Source of the DNA: Thermoanaerobaculia bacterium
GTDB taxonomy: Bacteria; Acidobacteriota; Thermoanaerobaculia; Multivoradales; Multivoraceae
NCBI GenBank assembly: GCA_942492505.1
Contig: CALOFD010000029.1
Span: forward strand, 3,967 to 67,966
DNA length: 64,000 bases
Direction: 5' to 3'
Part shown: piece after piece, positions 18,008 through 27,468 of the stretch
How positions within the stretch are numbered: position 1 is the first letter of the stretch
Layout: each line of letters begins with the position of its first letter
The notes under the pieces: model-generated
What the model was told of the DNA's origin: nothing
Databases searched by the model: none
The model's input: the letters and a program-made list of their open reading frames with translations, nothing else
Translations under genes and position numbers: made by a program

Positions 18008-20515
18008 ATGAATCCGATGAAACCAGATGCGACCCTGAGGTCTCGACGCTGGCTGGCGGTCGTCGGCGTGGCCTTTGTGCTGCTGGCGTCGTCAGTCGAG
18101 GATCTTTCGGCCGCGCCCGATCCGAGGGATCCTCGCCTGCGTGGCTTCTGGGAACGCTGGATTCGCGATGTCGGCGAGCTGCTTTCGGCCGAAGAGAAGG
18201 CGGAGATCCTCTCTCTCGACACGGACCGCCGGCGCGAGGACTTCGTGGCGGAGTTCTGGCGCAGCCGCGGTGAAGGGGCGCTCGAACGATGGGCCTCGAA
18301 CCGGTCGGACGCCGAGTTGCTGCGGCGCAGGTCTCCGGCGGCCCGACGCCTGCTCCTGAGGTTCGGAAAGCCCGCGGAACTGCTCGAGCTGCGTTCGTGC
18401 CAGGGTCGTAACAGGCCGGTTCAGGTGTGGCGGTGGGACCCATGGCAGGTGGCCCGACAGGGGGGGGTCGCCGGCGCCCCGGTCTACAGCGTGCTGGTCG
18501 AACGCACTCGACTCGACCCGCGATCGTTCGAGGTCTGGGAACCCGGAGATCTCGAGGCCCTCGGGCTGGGCGGCTCGGGCCGTGACCTCGAGGCCTTCGT
18601 GACAACCGTCAGGTTGGGGCGCTGCTTCGACGAGTCGCAGGTCGAGTCGCTCGAACTGGCCCTCCCGGGTGCCCTGTCGGAGTCCGGCCTGATGGCGGCG
18701 ATGCCCTGGCCTGGCGGCCGTCGCGGCTGGCTCGACGACTTTCGCCGCGACCTCGCCTCGGGCTCCCTGCCCCGACCTGCCGCGCGTTTGGAGGTCTCCT
18801 ATCCGGGCTCGTTCAACAACCGCACCATCCTGGCGGGGCGTGTCAGCATCGATCTCGAGCGATTGCGTTCGATCGGCGCCGGCATGCTCTGGGATCGGGT
18901 CACGCTGACGGGCGACGTCTTCGCCGGCAAGAACCTCGTCGACAGTTTCGAGATCACGCACCACCTGGTCGGCGCCGACGTGGCGTTGGGTGCCGAGTCG
19001 GAGGAGCGGGTGGAAGTCGACCTCTATCGTCGCCTGCGGCCGGGCAGCTATGCCATGGACCTGCGCGTCGCCGACCGGTTCGGCCTCGCCCTGCTTCGCG
19101 ATCGGCGCGAGTTGACGGTTCCGGTGGCAACGGCGCCGGCGCCGGAACCCGCCGGCAGCGCGACAGGCTTCCGCCGCCTGACTCGCGAAGAGGTGGTGGT
19201 CGTCGACACCCTGCCGAGTGTGGAGATTCTTCCGGTGCGAGCGGTCGGCGGACTTCGACGGACGGCCGAGGCGGTCACGACGGGCGGTCCGATCTCGGCA
19301 GTCTCGTTCTTTCTCGACGGGGACCTGGTCGGGAGTGACACCACCCCTCCCTACTCCGTGGAGATCGAGCTCGGAGTCGACCGGTCGCTGCTCGAAGCCG
19401 TGGCCGTCGACCCGTCGGGCCGACCGCTGGCTCGACATCGACGGTGGTTGGACCCGGAGTCACCCCCGTTCGGAATCCGCCTGCTCCCCCCGGATTCGTC
19501 GAGCGCCTTCGTGGACGTCGCTCTCAGTCTGCCGCGCGACGAGGTGCTTTCGTCGCTTCGGTGTTTTCACGGCCGCCGGGTCACGGCTCGACTGGAGTCG
19601 CCGCCGTGGCGCTGTCCTCTCCCGGGTCCGAGTGGTTTCGCCTTCGACTATCTGCGGGTGGAAGCGACTCTCGACAACGGTGAGTCGGTCGAGGATGTCC
19701 TGTTCCTGGGAAGCGGTGGACTGGAAGAGGTCGACGTCCGGCTGGTTGAGCTCTACGTCTCGGTTCTCGACGCTCATGGAAGACCGGTGACCGATCTCGG
19801 GATCGACGACTTCTCGGTGATCGAGAATGGAGCGTCGCCGACCTTGACGCGGGTCGAGAGTGTCGAGAACCTGGCGCTCAACGTTGCGGTCTTGATGGAC
19901 ATCTCCGCCTCGATGGGGTCGCGCACGAAGCTCGCCGGCGCCAGCGCCGAGAGGTTCTTCGAGGATCTGTTGCGCCCCGACGATCGGGCCAGTCTGCTGG
20001 CCTTCAATCACGATCTCTACGATCTGGTGCCCTTCACTTCGGAAGTCGACTCGCTGCGTTACGGCGCGGGCGGACTGCGGGGTTCGGGGGCGACCCGCCT
20101 GAACGACGGTGTGGTCTGGGCGCTGGCCCAGTACGCCGGACTGGGGGACCGACGGGCGCTGATCGTCCTCTCGGATGGCACGGACGTGGACAGCGACTTC
20201 CCGATCGACCAGGTGTCCGCGGCGGCGGTGCGCGCCGGCGTTGCCGTCTATCCGATCTCGATCCTGCGAGACGAGGAACCGGCCTCCCTGGAACTCGAAG
20301 GGTTGGCTCGCAGCAGTGGAGGACGGTCCTTCAGGGTGGCTTCGATCGACGAATTGGATCGTGTCTATCGCGAGATCGAGGAGGAACTGAGGTCGCAGTA
20401 CGTCCTCGTCTACAAGCCGCTGGCGATCCCCGACTCACTCGAGTTCAGAACGGTCGAGGTCGAGGTCCTGCGACCCGGCCTGCGAACGTTCAGCGTGCAG
20501 GGGTACTACCCTTGA
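18008..20515 (+). CDS. Exported VWA domain protein with degenerate GWxTD-like N-terminus and Ig-like domains
   Basis: Signal peptide; EEKAEILSL....REDFVAEFWRSR; SFFLDG....PPYSVEI (Ig-like); MIDAS DISASM, T.L.DGV and LSDG.D; ends ELRSQYVLVY..QGYYP. Start uncertain (17933/18008/18017). Confidence 0.8.
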   Translation: MNPMKPDATLRSRRWLAVVGVAFVLLASSVEDLSAAPDPRDPRLRGFWERWIRDVGELLSAEEKAEILSLDTDRRREDFVAEFWRSRGEGALERWASNRSDAELLRRRSPAARRLLLRFGKPAELLELRSCQGRNRPVQVWRWDPWQVARQGGVAGAPVYSVLVERTRLDPRSFEVWEPGDLEALGLGGSGRDLEAFVTTVRLGRCFDESQVESLELALPGALSESGLMAAMPWPGGRRGWLDDFRRDLASGSLPRPAARLEVSYPGSFNNRTILAGRVSIDLERLRSIGAGMLWDRVTLTGDVFAGKNLVDSFEITHHLVGADVALGAESEERVEVDLYRRLRPGSYAMDLRVADRFGLALLRDRRELTVPVATAPAPEPAGSATGFRRLTREEVVVVDTLPSVEILPVRAVGGLRRTAEAVTTGGPISAVSFFLDGDLVGSDTTPPYSVEIELGVDRSLLEAVAVDPSGRPLARHRRWLDPESPPFGIRLLPPDSSSAFVDVALSLPRDEVLSSLRCFHGRRVTARLESPPWRCPLPGPSGFAFDYLRVEATLDNGESVEDVLFLGSGGLEEVDVRLVELYVSVLDAHGRPVTDLGIDDFSVIENGASPTLTRVESVENLALNVAVLMDISASMGSRTKLAGASAERFFEDLLRPDDRASLLAFNHDLYDLVPFTSEVDSLRYGAGGLRGSGATRLNDGVVWALAQYAGLGDRRALIVLSDGTDVDSDFPIDQVSAAAVRAGVAVYPISILRDEEPASLELEGLARSSGGRSFRVASIDELDRVYREIEEELRSQYVLVYKPLAIPDSLEFRTVEVEVLRPGLRTFSVQGYYP

Positions 20516-20595
20516 GCGGCCGTGGGATCTTCGAGTTCGTGGTGCGGCTTGCCTGCGTCGGAATGGATCGACGGTCCGCCGGGTTGGGTCTGAAG

Positions 20596-22107
20596 ATGGG
20601 TTCGCGGACTTTTCCTCTTCGGAGCTCCCTGGTGAGTCTCCTCTGTCTCGTCGCTCTTGTCGGCGGTCCGATGGCGCTGGCCCAGGAGGGCGCCGAAGCG
20701 AAGGAGGAACCCGACGAGAGCGTCATCCGGGTGTTGCCGCCACGCGACGCCGAGAACGCCGGTCGAGCGCTCGTCGAAACCCTCTTGATCGATCCCGAGA
20801 TTCGGGAAGTCGTCTTCTACGTCGACGGCGCTGAGCAGGCGCGCCGCAAGTCGCCGCCCTGGGAAGCCAAAGTCCGATTCGACTCGCCGGCCCGCGAGCA
20901 GACCCTGCGTGTCGAGGCCCTCGGTCCTCGCGAGGTGCTTCTGGGCTACGACGAGATGACGATCAATCGCGTTGTCCGCCCGCTCAGGGTCACGCTGCGT
21001 GAAATGCGGGGCGTCGACGATGGACTGCAGATCACCGCCCACGTCAGCGTGCCGCGCGAAGCGGTTCTGACCCGGGTCGAGATCTTCTACAACGAGGAGC
21101 TGCGGGCCACCCTGCCGCCCGATTCGCTGATCGACGACGTCTTGACCGAGACCCTCGAGGTGAGCGACTTGCGGCAGTCCGACTTCGTGCGTGTGGTCGC
21201 CGTTCTCGAAGACGGCCGCACCGTCGAGGATGTCGAGCTGCCAGCCACGTCGACCTTCAGCGAAGAGATCGACGTCCATCTGGTGCAACTCCAGGTGGTC
21301 GTGACCGATCAGCGCGATCGTCCGATCATCGGTCTCGAGAAGGATCATTTCGAGATCCGCCACGACGGCAGGAAGATCACGCCGGCCTCGTTGTTTCCCG
21401 CCGGTGACGTTGCCCTCCTACTCGGCTTCGCCCTCGACTCGTCGGGAAGCATGACGCCGGTCTGGGACCAGGTCAGGGAGGCGGCCGGGCAGTTTCTCCA
21501 GCGCTCGTTGACCGACCGGGATCAGGGCTTCCTGATCGACTTCGACACTCGCTTGAAGCTCGTCCGTTCGCGCACCGGCAGCCTGCCGAGCCTGATCGAG
21601 GGTCTGGACGAACTCGAACCGGAGGGGGGAACTGCCCTCTACGATTCGATCCTCTACTCGATGCTCCAGTTCGATCGACAGCAGGGACGACGCGGCCTGG
21701 TGATCCTCACCGACGGCTTCGACATCGACAGTCAGGCCGACCCGAAGCGAGCCGTCGAGTTCGGGCGGAAGCTCGGCGTGCCGGTCTACATCATCGCCAT
21801 GGAGTCGGGGCCGCCGCGACCCAGCGGCGGTGCCGGAACCATCGGCTTCGTCGACCCGGACGCGGCCGTTCAGACCCTGGCCCTGCTGACCGATCCGACG
21901 GGCGGGCGGTTGTTCCGCGTGCGGACTCCGAAGCAGATCACCGAGGCTTTCCGTCACATCAACGCTGAACTGAGGAGTCAGTACGTCCTGACGTTCTATA
22001 CCGACTCTCCTCCTTCGGCCGGCGACCCGCCGGAAGTCCGCCTCACGGTACCGAACCGAAAGCAGTTCGAGGTCAAGACGGTCCTGGGTACCGATCAGAT
22101 CTACTGA
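20596..22107 (+). CDS. Exported VWA domain protein (Acidobacterial type) with Ig-like domains
   Basis: Signal peptide; VFYVDG....PPWEA; MIDAS DSSGSM, GTALYDS, LTDGFD and ELRSQYVLTF. Start may be TTG 20512. Confidence 0.85.
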   Translation: MGSRTFPLRSSLVSLLCLVALVGGPMALAQEGAEAKEEPDESVIRVLPPRDAENAGRALVETLLIDPEIREVVFYVDGAEQARRKSPPWEAKVRFDSPAREQTLRVEALGPREVLLGYDEMTINRVVRPLRVTLREMRGVDDGLQITAHVSVPREAVLTRVEIFYNEELRATLPPDSLIDDVLTETLEVSDLRQSDFVRVVAVLEDGRTVEDVELPATSTFSEEIDVHLVQLQVVVTDQRDRPIIGLEKDHFEIRHDGRKITPASLFPAGDVALLLGFALDSSGSMTPVWDQVREAAGQFLQRSLTDRDQGFLIDFDTRLKLVRSRTGSLPSLIEGLDELEPEGGTALYDSILYSMLQFDRQQGRRGLVILTDGFDIDSQADPKRAVEFGRKLGVPVYIIAMESGPPRPSGGAGTIGFVDPDAAVQTLALLTDPTGGRLFRVRTPKQITEAFRHINAELRSQYVLTFYTDSPPSAGDPPEVRLTVPNRKQFEVKTVLGTDQIY

Positions 22108-22271
22108 TCCGTCTCCGCGGCCGACCCTCGTTCGAAGAGGGGGCGAATGGAACGACAGTGCGCCGCCGGCGCCTGGGCGTCGAAGGTCCGCTCGACGGCT
22201 TCGAAGTACGCCGCTCTAGTATCCTCGCCAAGGCCGCGAGGTAGATTCGGTTTCGAGAGGAATCCCCAGCC

Positions 22272-22649
22272 GTGAACGTCCTGATTCGGGAACCCCTGTC
22301 CTTCGTGCTCCTGATGGCGATCGGCACCGTCCTGGCGGGCCTGTTGATCTGGGCTGGGGCTCGGTTGACGAAGGGAACCACGGTGCCGATCGTGCCGTCC
22401 TTCCTGCTGGGGGTGGGGTCGTCGGTGCTGGTCTGGGTTCCGATCGCCTTGTCGGTCGCCCTGGCCAACCTGCTGCTTCCGGGGGTGGTCGTCGGCCTGG
22501 TTCTCACCGTGCCGTTCCTCCGCCTCACCCTCGCGCTCGACTACGCCGGGACGTTCGTGGTCTGGGTGTTCAACGGCTTCGCGCACGTCCTCGCGCTGAC
22601 CGTCGTGTTCGCGCCTACCGGAGAGCGCCTGATCGAGGCGCTCCGGTAG
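22272..22649 (+). CDS. Small integral membrane protein (about 4 TM)
   Basis: 125 aa, highly hydrophobic; GTG start preceded by GAGAGGA. Confidence 0.7.
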   Translation: MNVLIREPLSFVLLMAIGTVLAGLLIWAGARLTKGTTVPIVPSFLLGVGSSVLVWVPIALSVALANLLLPGVVVGLVLTVPFLRLTLALDYAGTFVVWVFNGFAHVLALTVVFAPTGERLIEALR

Positions 22650-22688
22650 GCCGGCAGTGGCGTCGCCCCGTCGCCGGGGCCGCTCCGA

Positions 22689-24326
22689 CTACTTGCTGCG
22701 GTAGGGGGCGTACAGGCTGGGAACCTGCTCCGCTCGGTAGGAAGCCCAGCCGATGGCGGGATCGTCGATGACGATCTCGAGGACCTTCTCGGGCGGATCG
22801 GTGTGCGTGACCTCTTCGATCTTCGTCCAGTGCTGGGCGCCGGCGAAGTTGGCCGTCGGGTTGCCTTCGGCGTCTCTCATCAGGCCGCCGTGGACGACCA
22901 GGATGTTGCCGGTCTCGGGCAGGGTGTCGGCCTCGCTGATGAAGGGCGACAGGATCCGGTTCTCTCCGGACTCGCCGTAGGACCACACCTGGCGCACCGT
23001 TCCCGCTTCCTCGTCGATGGCGTACTCGACCACCCGACTCCAGTTCTCCTCGTCCGGGACCGGAGGATTCGGAGGGAAGACCGGTCGCTGGTTGTCGTAG
23101 AGAAGCAGGGTTCCCTGCGGAGTCCATTCGACGGCGTGCTGGTTGCAGAACCACTCGAGGTCGCCTTCCGGTTGCAGCAGGAGGTCCGACCAGGGTTCGC
23201 GCCAGCCGTCGGGCATGCCCAGGATCCATTCGAGTTCGCCACTGGCCAGGTCGAGCTTGAACACCGCGCATAGGGGATTGCTCGAAGTGAGCATGTCGTC
23301 GGTTTCGGGCAGATAGTGCAGGGCGTTGGTATGGGTCCAGTCGAAGCCGGGCGTGTCGAGAACGTCCTGGTAGGTCTCGGCGTAGAAACCCACCTGGGCC
23401 GAGCCGTAGCCCCAGCGACGATCGTCGAGGATGTCGAAGTATTTCCAGTCCCGGAGCACCTCGCCGGTGTCCGAGTCGATCTCGATCAGCCGGTCGCCGA
23501 TGACGTTGGACTCGACGATCTCCGGCTCGGGCATGCCGAGAGCCTGCGGCCAGTCCAGTCGTCGGACCTCGGTGGAGAGGATGAAGAGATTGCCGTTCGG
23601 CGCTTCGGTCATGTCGTGGTGGAACGACTCGGCGTCGACCGGAATGCTGTCTTCCGGGATGTTCTCTTTGGGAATCCCCGTGCTGTGCCACTGCCGAACG
23701 GTGTTGCCGAGCATGTCGATCTCGCGGGCCAGGCCGACGCGGTCCGTCTGGTAGGCGAGGTTGCCGTTCCGCAGGACTCGCGGCTCGTCGAGGCTGTGAT
23801 CGACCTTGTAGAACCAGACTACGTCACCGTTGCCGTCGAGGCCGACGATGGCTCCGTAGCTGTCGTCGGGAAGGAAGCCGTTGAACCGGAAGACCGGAAT
23901 CAGGGTGATTCCGGGCTCTCTTCGGGCCTGCCGGTTGACCCGTACCTCGATGCGCGGGAAGTCGTCGGGCAAGGGCGGCGTGGTGATCGCGATCGGTTCG
24001 AGGACGGAGGTCTTGCCGTTCTCACCTTCGAGAGTGACGGTCACGGTCGTCGTGCGCTCGGGTCGCATCCCGAGGACCGGAACCGTGTGGGTCGTGCGAG
24101 CTTCTGAGGACGGGGTGGCCTCGCTGAGGTTCTCGCCGTCGTCGAGGGTCAGATGAACCGTGGCGGGCTGGTCGGTCTCGAAAGACAGCAGGGCCGTCAG
24201 GGGTGCGTTGCCGGAAGGATTCTCGGCGACGTCGACCGGGCCGGTCGCCACGGGCGGCGTTCCGCAGCCGATCGAGATGGCCAGAATCGAGATCAGAACG
24301 GTCGAGGCGATGAGTTTGTGTTGCAA
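22689..24326 (-). CDS. Arylsulfotransferase (ASST) family lipoprotein
   Basis: Lipobox ISIGC; N-terminal Ig-like domain (NAPLTA..F.T); FHHD, DWTHTNAL, NQHA and L.YDN beta-propeller motifs. Confidence 0.85.
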   Translation of the reverse strand: MQHKLIASTVLISILAISIGCGTPPVATGPVDVAENPSGNAPLTALLSFETDQPATVHLTLDDGENLSEATPSSEARTTHTVPVLGMRPERTTTVTVTLEGENGKTSVLEPIAITTPPLPDDFPRIEVRVNRQARREPGITLIPVFRFNGFLPDDSYGAIVGLDGNGDVVWFYKVDHSLDEPRVLRNGNLAYQTDRVGLAREIDMLGNTVRQWHSTGIPKENIPEDSIPVDAESFHHDMTEAPNGNLFILSTEVRRLDWPQALGMPEPEIVESNVIGDRLIEIDSDTGEVLRDWKYFDILDDRRWGYGSAQVGFYAETYQDVLDTPGFDWTHTNALHYLPETDDMLTSSNPLCAVFKLDLASGELEWILGMPDGWREPWSDLLLQPEGDLEWFCNQHAVEWTPQGTLLLYDNQRPVFPPNPPVPDEENWSRVVEYAIDEEAGTVRQVWSYGESGENRILSPFISEADTLPETGNILVVHGGLMRDAEGNPTANFAGAQHWTKIEEVTHTDPPEKVLEIVIDDPAIGWASYRAEQVPSLYAPYRSK

Positions 24327-24360
24327 CGTCTTCTCCTACAGGGCCTTGGGGGCACGGGAT

Positions 24361-25818
24361 CTAGAGGTAACCGAGACTCTCGAGTCGTTCACTGTCTGCG
24401 TCCTGTTCCGCCGGTGCGACCGCGCGAGCGGCGTCGAGGCCGTTCTCGCGGCAGTGGGACCGGTAGTTGGCCAGCACCCGTCGCATCGCGTCGAGGCGAT
24501 CGGGCTGCTCGGACGAGAGGTCGTTCTGCTCGCCGGGGTCGGCAGAGAGATCGAAGAGCTGTTCGACCACCGGATCGGGCCACAGATCGTCGGGTGAGGC
24601 AGGGGTTTCTGCCGTTACGCGGAGCCGATCGATGTAGTCCGAGGAGATCGATCTGCGCTCGCCGAGCGGGCAGTCGATCGAGGTCGCGATGTACTTCCAG
24701 TCGCCGTCCCGGACGGCGCGGTGGATACAGCGCTCGCGGATCACCAGTTCCGCGATTCGCGGCCGTCCCGACGACACCGCCCGCAGCCCGCCTTCGTCGA
24801 TCTGCAGCAGCGACTCACCGTCGCCTGTCGCCTCGATCAGTCCGGCCGCGGTGCGAATGCTCGGTGAGAGATCGACCAGCGATACCGGGCCGTTCACCCG
24901 GCGTGGCTCGAGGCCGGGAGCGGAGATCAGCAGCGGAACTCTCAGCGACTCTTCATGGAGCGTCCACGCATGGCCGAGCCAGCCGTGGTCGAGGAACTCT
25001 TCGCCCTGGGAACCGGTGACGACGATCAGCGTGCGGTCGGTGAGCTCGCGAGCTTCGAGACCCTCGACGAGTCGTCGAATCGCGATATCGGCGGCCAGCA
25101 CTTCGGCGTCGTAGGCTGCAACGAGCCAGGCGATCGCCGGGTCGTCGAGAGTCGGCGTGGCGCCGCTCTCGAGTCGATCCTGTTGCTCGGGAACCGTCGT
25201 CGGGCCGGCGTCGGCGGGCAGGAAGAGATCGAGGTCCTCCGCCGTCGGCGAGTAGGGCTGGTGGGGCTCGGCGAGATGGGCATAGATCAGGAACGGCTCG
25301 CCGGCGATGTCGTCGAGGAACTGGAGTGCCTGGTCGGCCACCTCGGCTGCGTTGTTCGAGTCGTCGATCCCCACATCCTCGAAGCCGCGCGTGAAACCGC
25401 GCTTGGTCAGCAGCGACTGGTTCGAGAAGAAGCCCGTCCTGCCGCCGTTCCTGCGGAAGTCGTTGGCCAGGGTGGAGGCGGCGCTGGAGGGCTCGGCCTC
25501 CATCAGTCCGGTGCTGCCGCCGCTGGTCGGCAGTCGGCCGGTCAGGATCGCGGCGACCGACTGGGAGGTGTAGCTCGACGGTGCCCAGGCGGCGTCATAG
25601 ACGATCGACTGGCTCGCGAAGGCGTCGAGGAAGGGAGAGGTCGGACGGTCGTAGCCGTAGAGGCCGAGGTGATCGGCGCGCAGGGAGTCGACCACGATGA
25701 CCACGACGTTCGAGATCGGGGGTCGAGCGGTGTCCTCCTCGCCCCCGCATGCCGACGCCAGCGCGAGGGCGGCGATCGCCAGGCAACGGAGGAGTCGTTT
25801 CGTCGAGAGGCGGGTCAC
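24361..25818 (-). CDS. Sulfatase-like (alkaline phosphatase superfamily) lipoprotein with non-canonical active site
   Basis: Lipobox LASAC; NVVVIVVDSLRADHLG, RVPLLI, LFDL..DPGEQ and LESLGYL. No CxPxR motif. Confidence 0.85.
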   Translation of the reverse strand: MTRLSTKRLLRCLAIAALALASACGGEEDTARPPISNVVVIVVDSLRADHLGLYGYDRPTSPFLDAFASQSIVYDAAWAPSSYTSQSVAAILTGRLPTSGGSTGLMEAEPSSAASTLANDFRRNGGRTGFFSNQSLLTKRGFTRGFEDVGIDDSNNAAEVADQALQFLDDIAGEPFLIYAHLAEPHQPYSPTAEDLDLFLPADAGPTTVPEQQDRLESGATPTLDDPAIAWLVAAYDAEVLAADIAIRRLVEGLEARELTDRTLIVVTGSQGEEFLDHGWLGHAWTLHEESLRVPLLISAPGLEPRRVNGPVSLVDLSPSIRTAAGLIEATGDGESLLQIDEGGLRAVSSGRPRIAELVIRERCIHRAVRDGDWKYIATSIDCPLGERRSISSDYIDRLRVTAETPASPDDLWPDPVVEQLFDLSADPGEQNDLSSEQPDRLDAMRRVLANYRSHCRENGLDAARAVAPAEQDADSERLESLGYL

Positions 25819-25950
25819 AGGGTCTCGTGAATCAGGGGGTGGAAGGCGAGATCATACCCGGTCGAATCTCGCCACGATCGCGAGGTCTCGATGGGTGGAG
25901 GCGGCGCTGCGCGCCGCCTCCTCCGGATTCGATGGAGTCCGATTCCCCGG

Positions 25951-27252
25951 TCAGCTCGCGGGTTCGACGATCGCCTGGTAGGTCAGGCGACGCGACAGCG
26001 AGCGCACGTCGGGCCGGCCCTGTCCGAACTGCTGGATCATGCCGACGAAGACCAGGTCTTCGACCGGGTCGATCCAGAACCAGGTGCCGGCGGCGCCGCC
26101 CCAGTAGTACTCACCCTTCGAGATGCCGTCGGCGGCCACCGGGTCGATCACGACCGCGAAGTCGAGTCCGAAGCCCTGTCCGGGAGACATCTCGGGAACG
26201 TCGCGCGGCATCTGGTTGCGGCGCATCAGGTCGATGGTCGAGGGCGCGAGAATGCGCACCCCGTCGAGTTCACCGCCGTTGATGATCATCTGGCAGAAGC
26301 GCATGTAGTCGGTGGTTGTCGACACCAGGCCGCCGCCGCCACCGAAGAAGGTCTGGGGCTCGGTGTAGACGGTGCCTCCCTCGAAGCCCTCGCGGGCGAA
26401 GAGGCTGCCGTCCTCGGCATAGGCGTAGACCTCGGCGAAGCGGTCGACGCGATCTTCGGGGACCCAGAACGCGGTGTCCTTCATTCCGAGCGGGCCGAAG
26501 AGGCGCTCCTGCAGGAACTCGTCGAAGGGCTGACCGGAGAGCACCTCGACGAGATAGCCCTGAACGTCGACGGCAACACTGTAGTGCCAGCGCGATCCGG
26601 GCTGCTGGCGCAGCGGCACCTGGGCCAGGTTGTCGATCATCTGCTTGAGATTGTCTTCACCCAGGATCCCGAGTTCGGTGTACTTCTCGTCGACCGCCGA
26701 CTGGCTGAAGATGCCGTAGCTCAGTCCCGCGGTGTGGCTCATCAGCTCGCGGATCGTCATGGGGTGGCGAGCCGGCTCGGTTTCGAGAGTGTCGAGGTTC
26801 TTGGCGACCTGCAGGTTGGCGAACTCGGGAATGTACTTGGCGACCGGGTCGGAGAGCTTGAACTTGCCCTCTTCATAGAGCGTCATCAGGGCGACCCCGG
26901 TGATCGGCTTCGACATCGAATAGATCCGGAAAATCGTGTCCTTCGCCATCGGCTTGCCCTCGGCGAGGTTCTGCGATCCGAAAGTCTCGAAGTGGGCGAC
27001 CTTGCCGTGCCGGCTGATCATGGTGGTGATGCCGGCGAGCTTGCCCTCGTCGACCAGTTCCTGCATCGCCTCGTTGAGGCGCTCGAGGCGTTCGCTCGAC
27101 ATGCCGACGGCTTCCGGAGCGACCGACGCGAGATTGCGCGTGTCCTCGCGCGGAATGTCGGCCTGGGTGGCCGTGTCGCAGGCGACACTGGTCAGGGTGA
27201 GAAGAAGAACGGCGGCGAGTGATGCCGCACGATGTGCAGTCAGATGCTTCAT
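25951..27252 (-). CDS. Serine hydrolase, beta-lactamase class C family lipoprotein
   Basis: SMSK (SxxK), W.YS, LFGPLGM.DT, GGGGLVST..DY and WGGAAGT.FWIDP; lipobox TSVAC. Confidence 0.92.
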   Translation of the reverse strand: MKHLTAHRAASLAAVLLLTLTSVACDTATQADIPREDTRNLASVAPEAVGMSSERLERLNEAMQELVDEGKLAGITTMISRHGKVAHFETFGSQNLAEGKPMAKDTIFRIYSMSKPITGVALMTLYEEGKFKLSDPVAKYIPEFANLQVAKNLDTLETEPARHPMTIRELMSHTAGLSYGIFSQSAVDEKYTELGILGEDNLKQMIDNLAQVPLRQQPGSRWHYSVAVDVQGYLVEVLSGQPFDEFLQERLFGPLGMKDTAFWVPEDRVDRFAEVYAYAEDGSLFAREGFEGGTVYTEPQTFFGGGGGLVSTTTDYMRFCQMIINGGELDGVRILAPSTIDLMRRNQMPRDVPEMSPGQGFGLDFAVVIDPVAADGISKGEYYWGGAAGTWFWIDPVEDLVFVGMIQQFGQGRPDVRSLSRRLTYQAIVEPAS

Positions 27253-27468
27253 GGAGATCCTCCCTGGGATCGTGATCGGATGGCTGGGAAGCCCCTATCT
27301 TAGTCCCTTCTCGGCGGGCTGTCTGCGGGGGTCGTCGTCGCCGGGCCGCCCAGGGGCGGGCTTCCAGCGCCTCCACTTGCCCCGCAGGCGCCCAACCATC
27401 AGGATAGAGAGACTGAGCGCCTCTCGGAACGAGGGGCGTCGAGCCGACCTGTGAAGCGAGAGTCCCCC

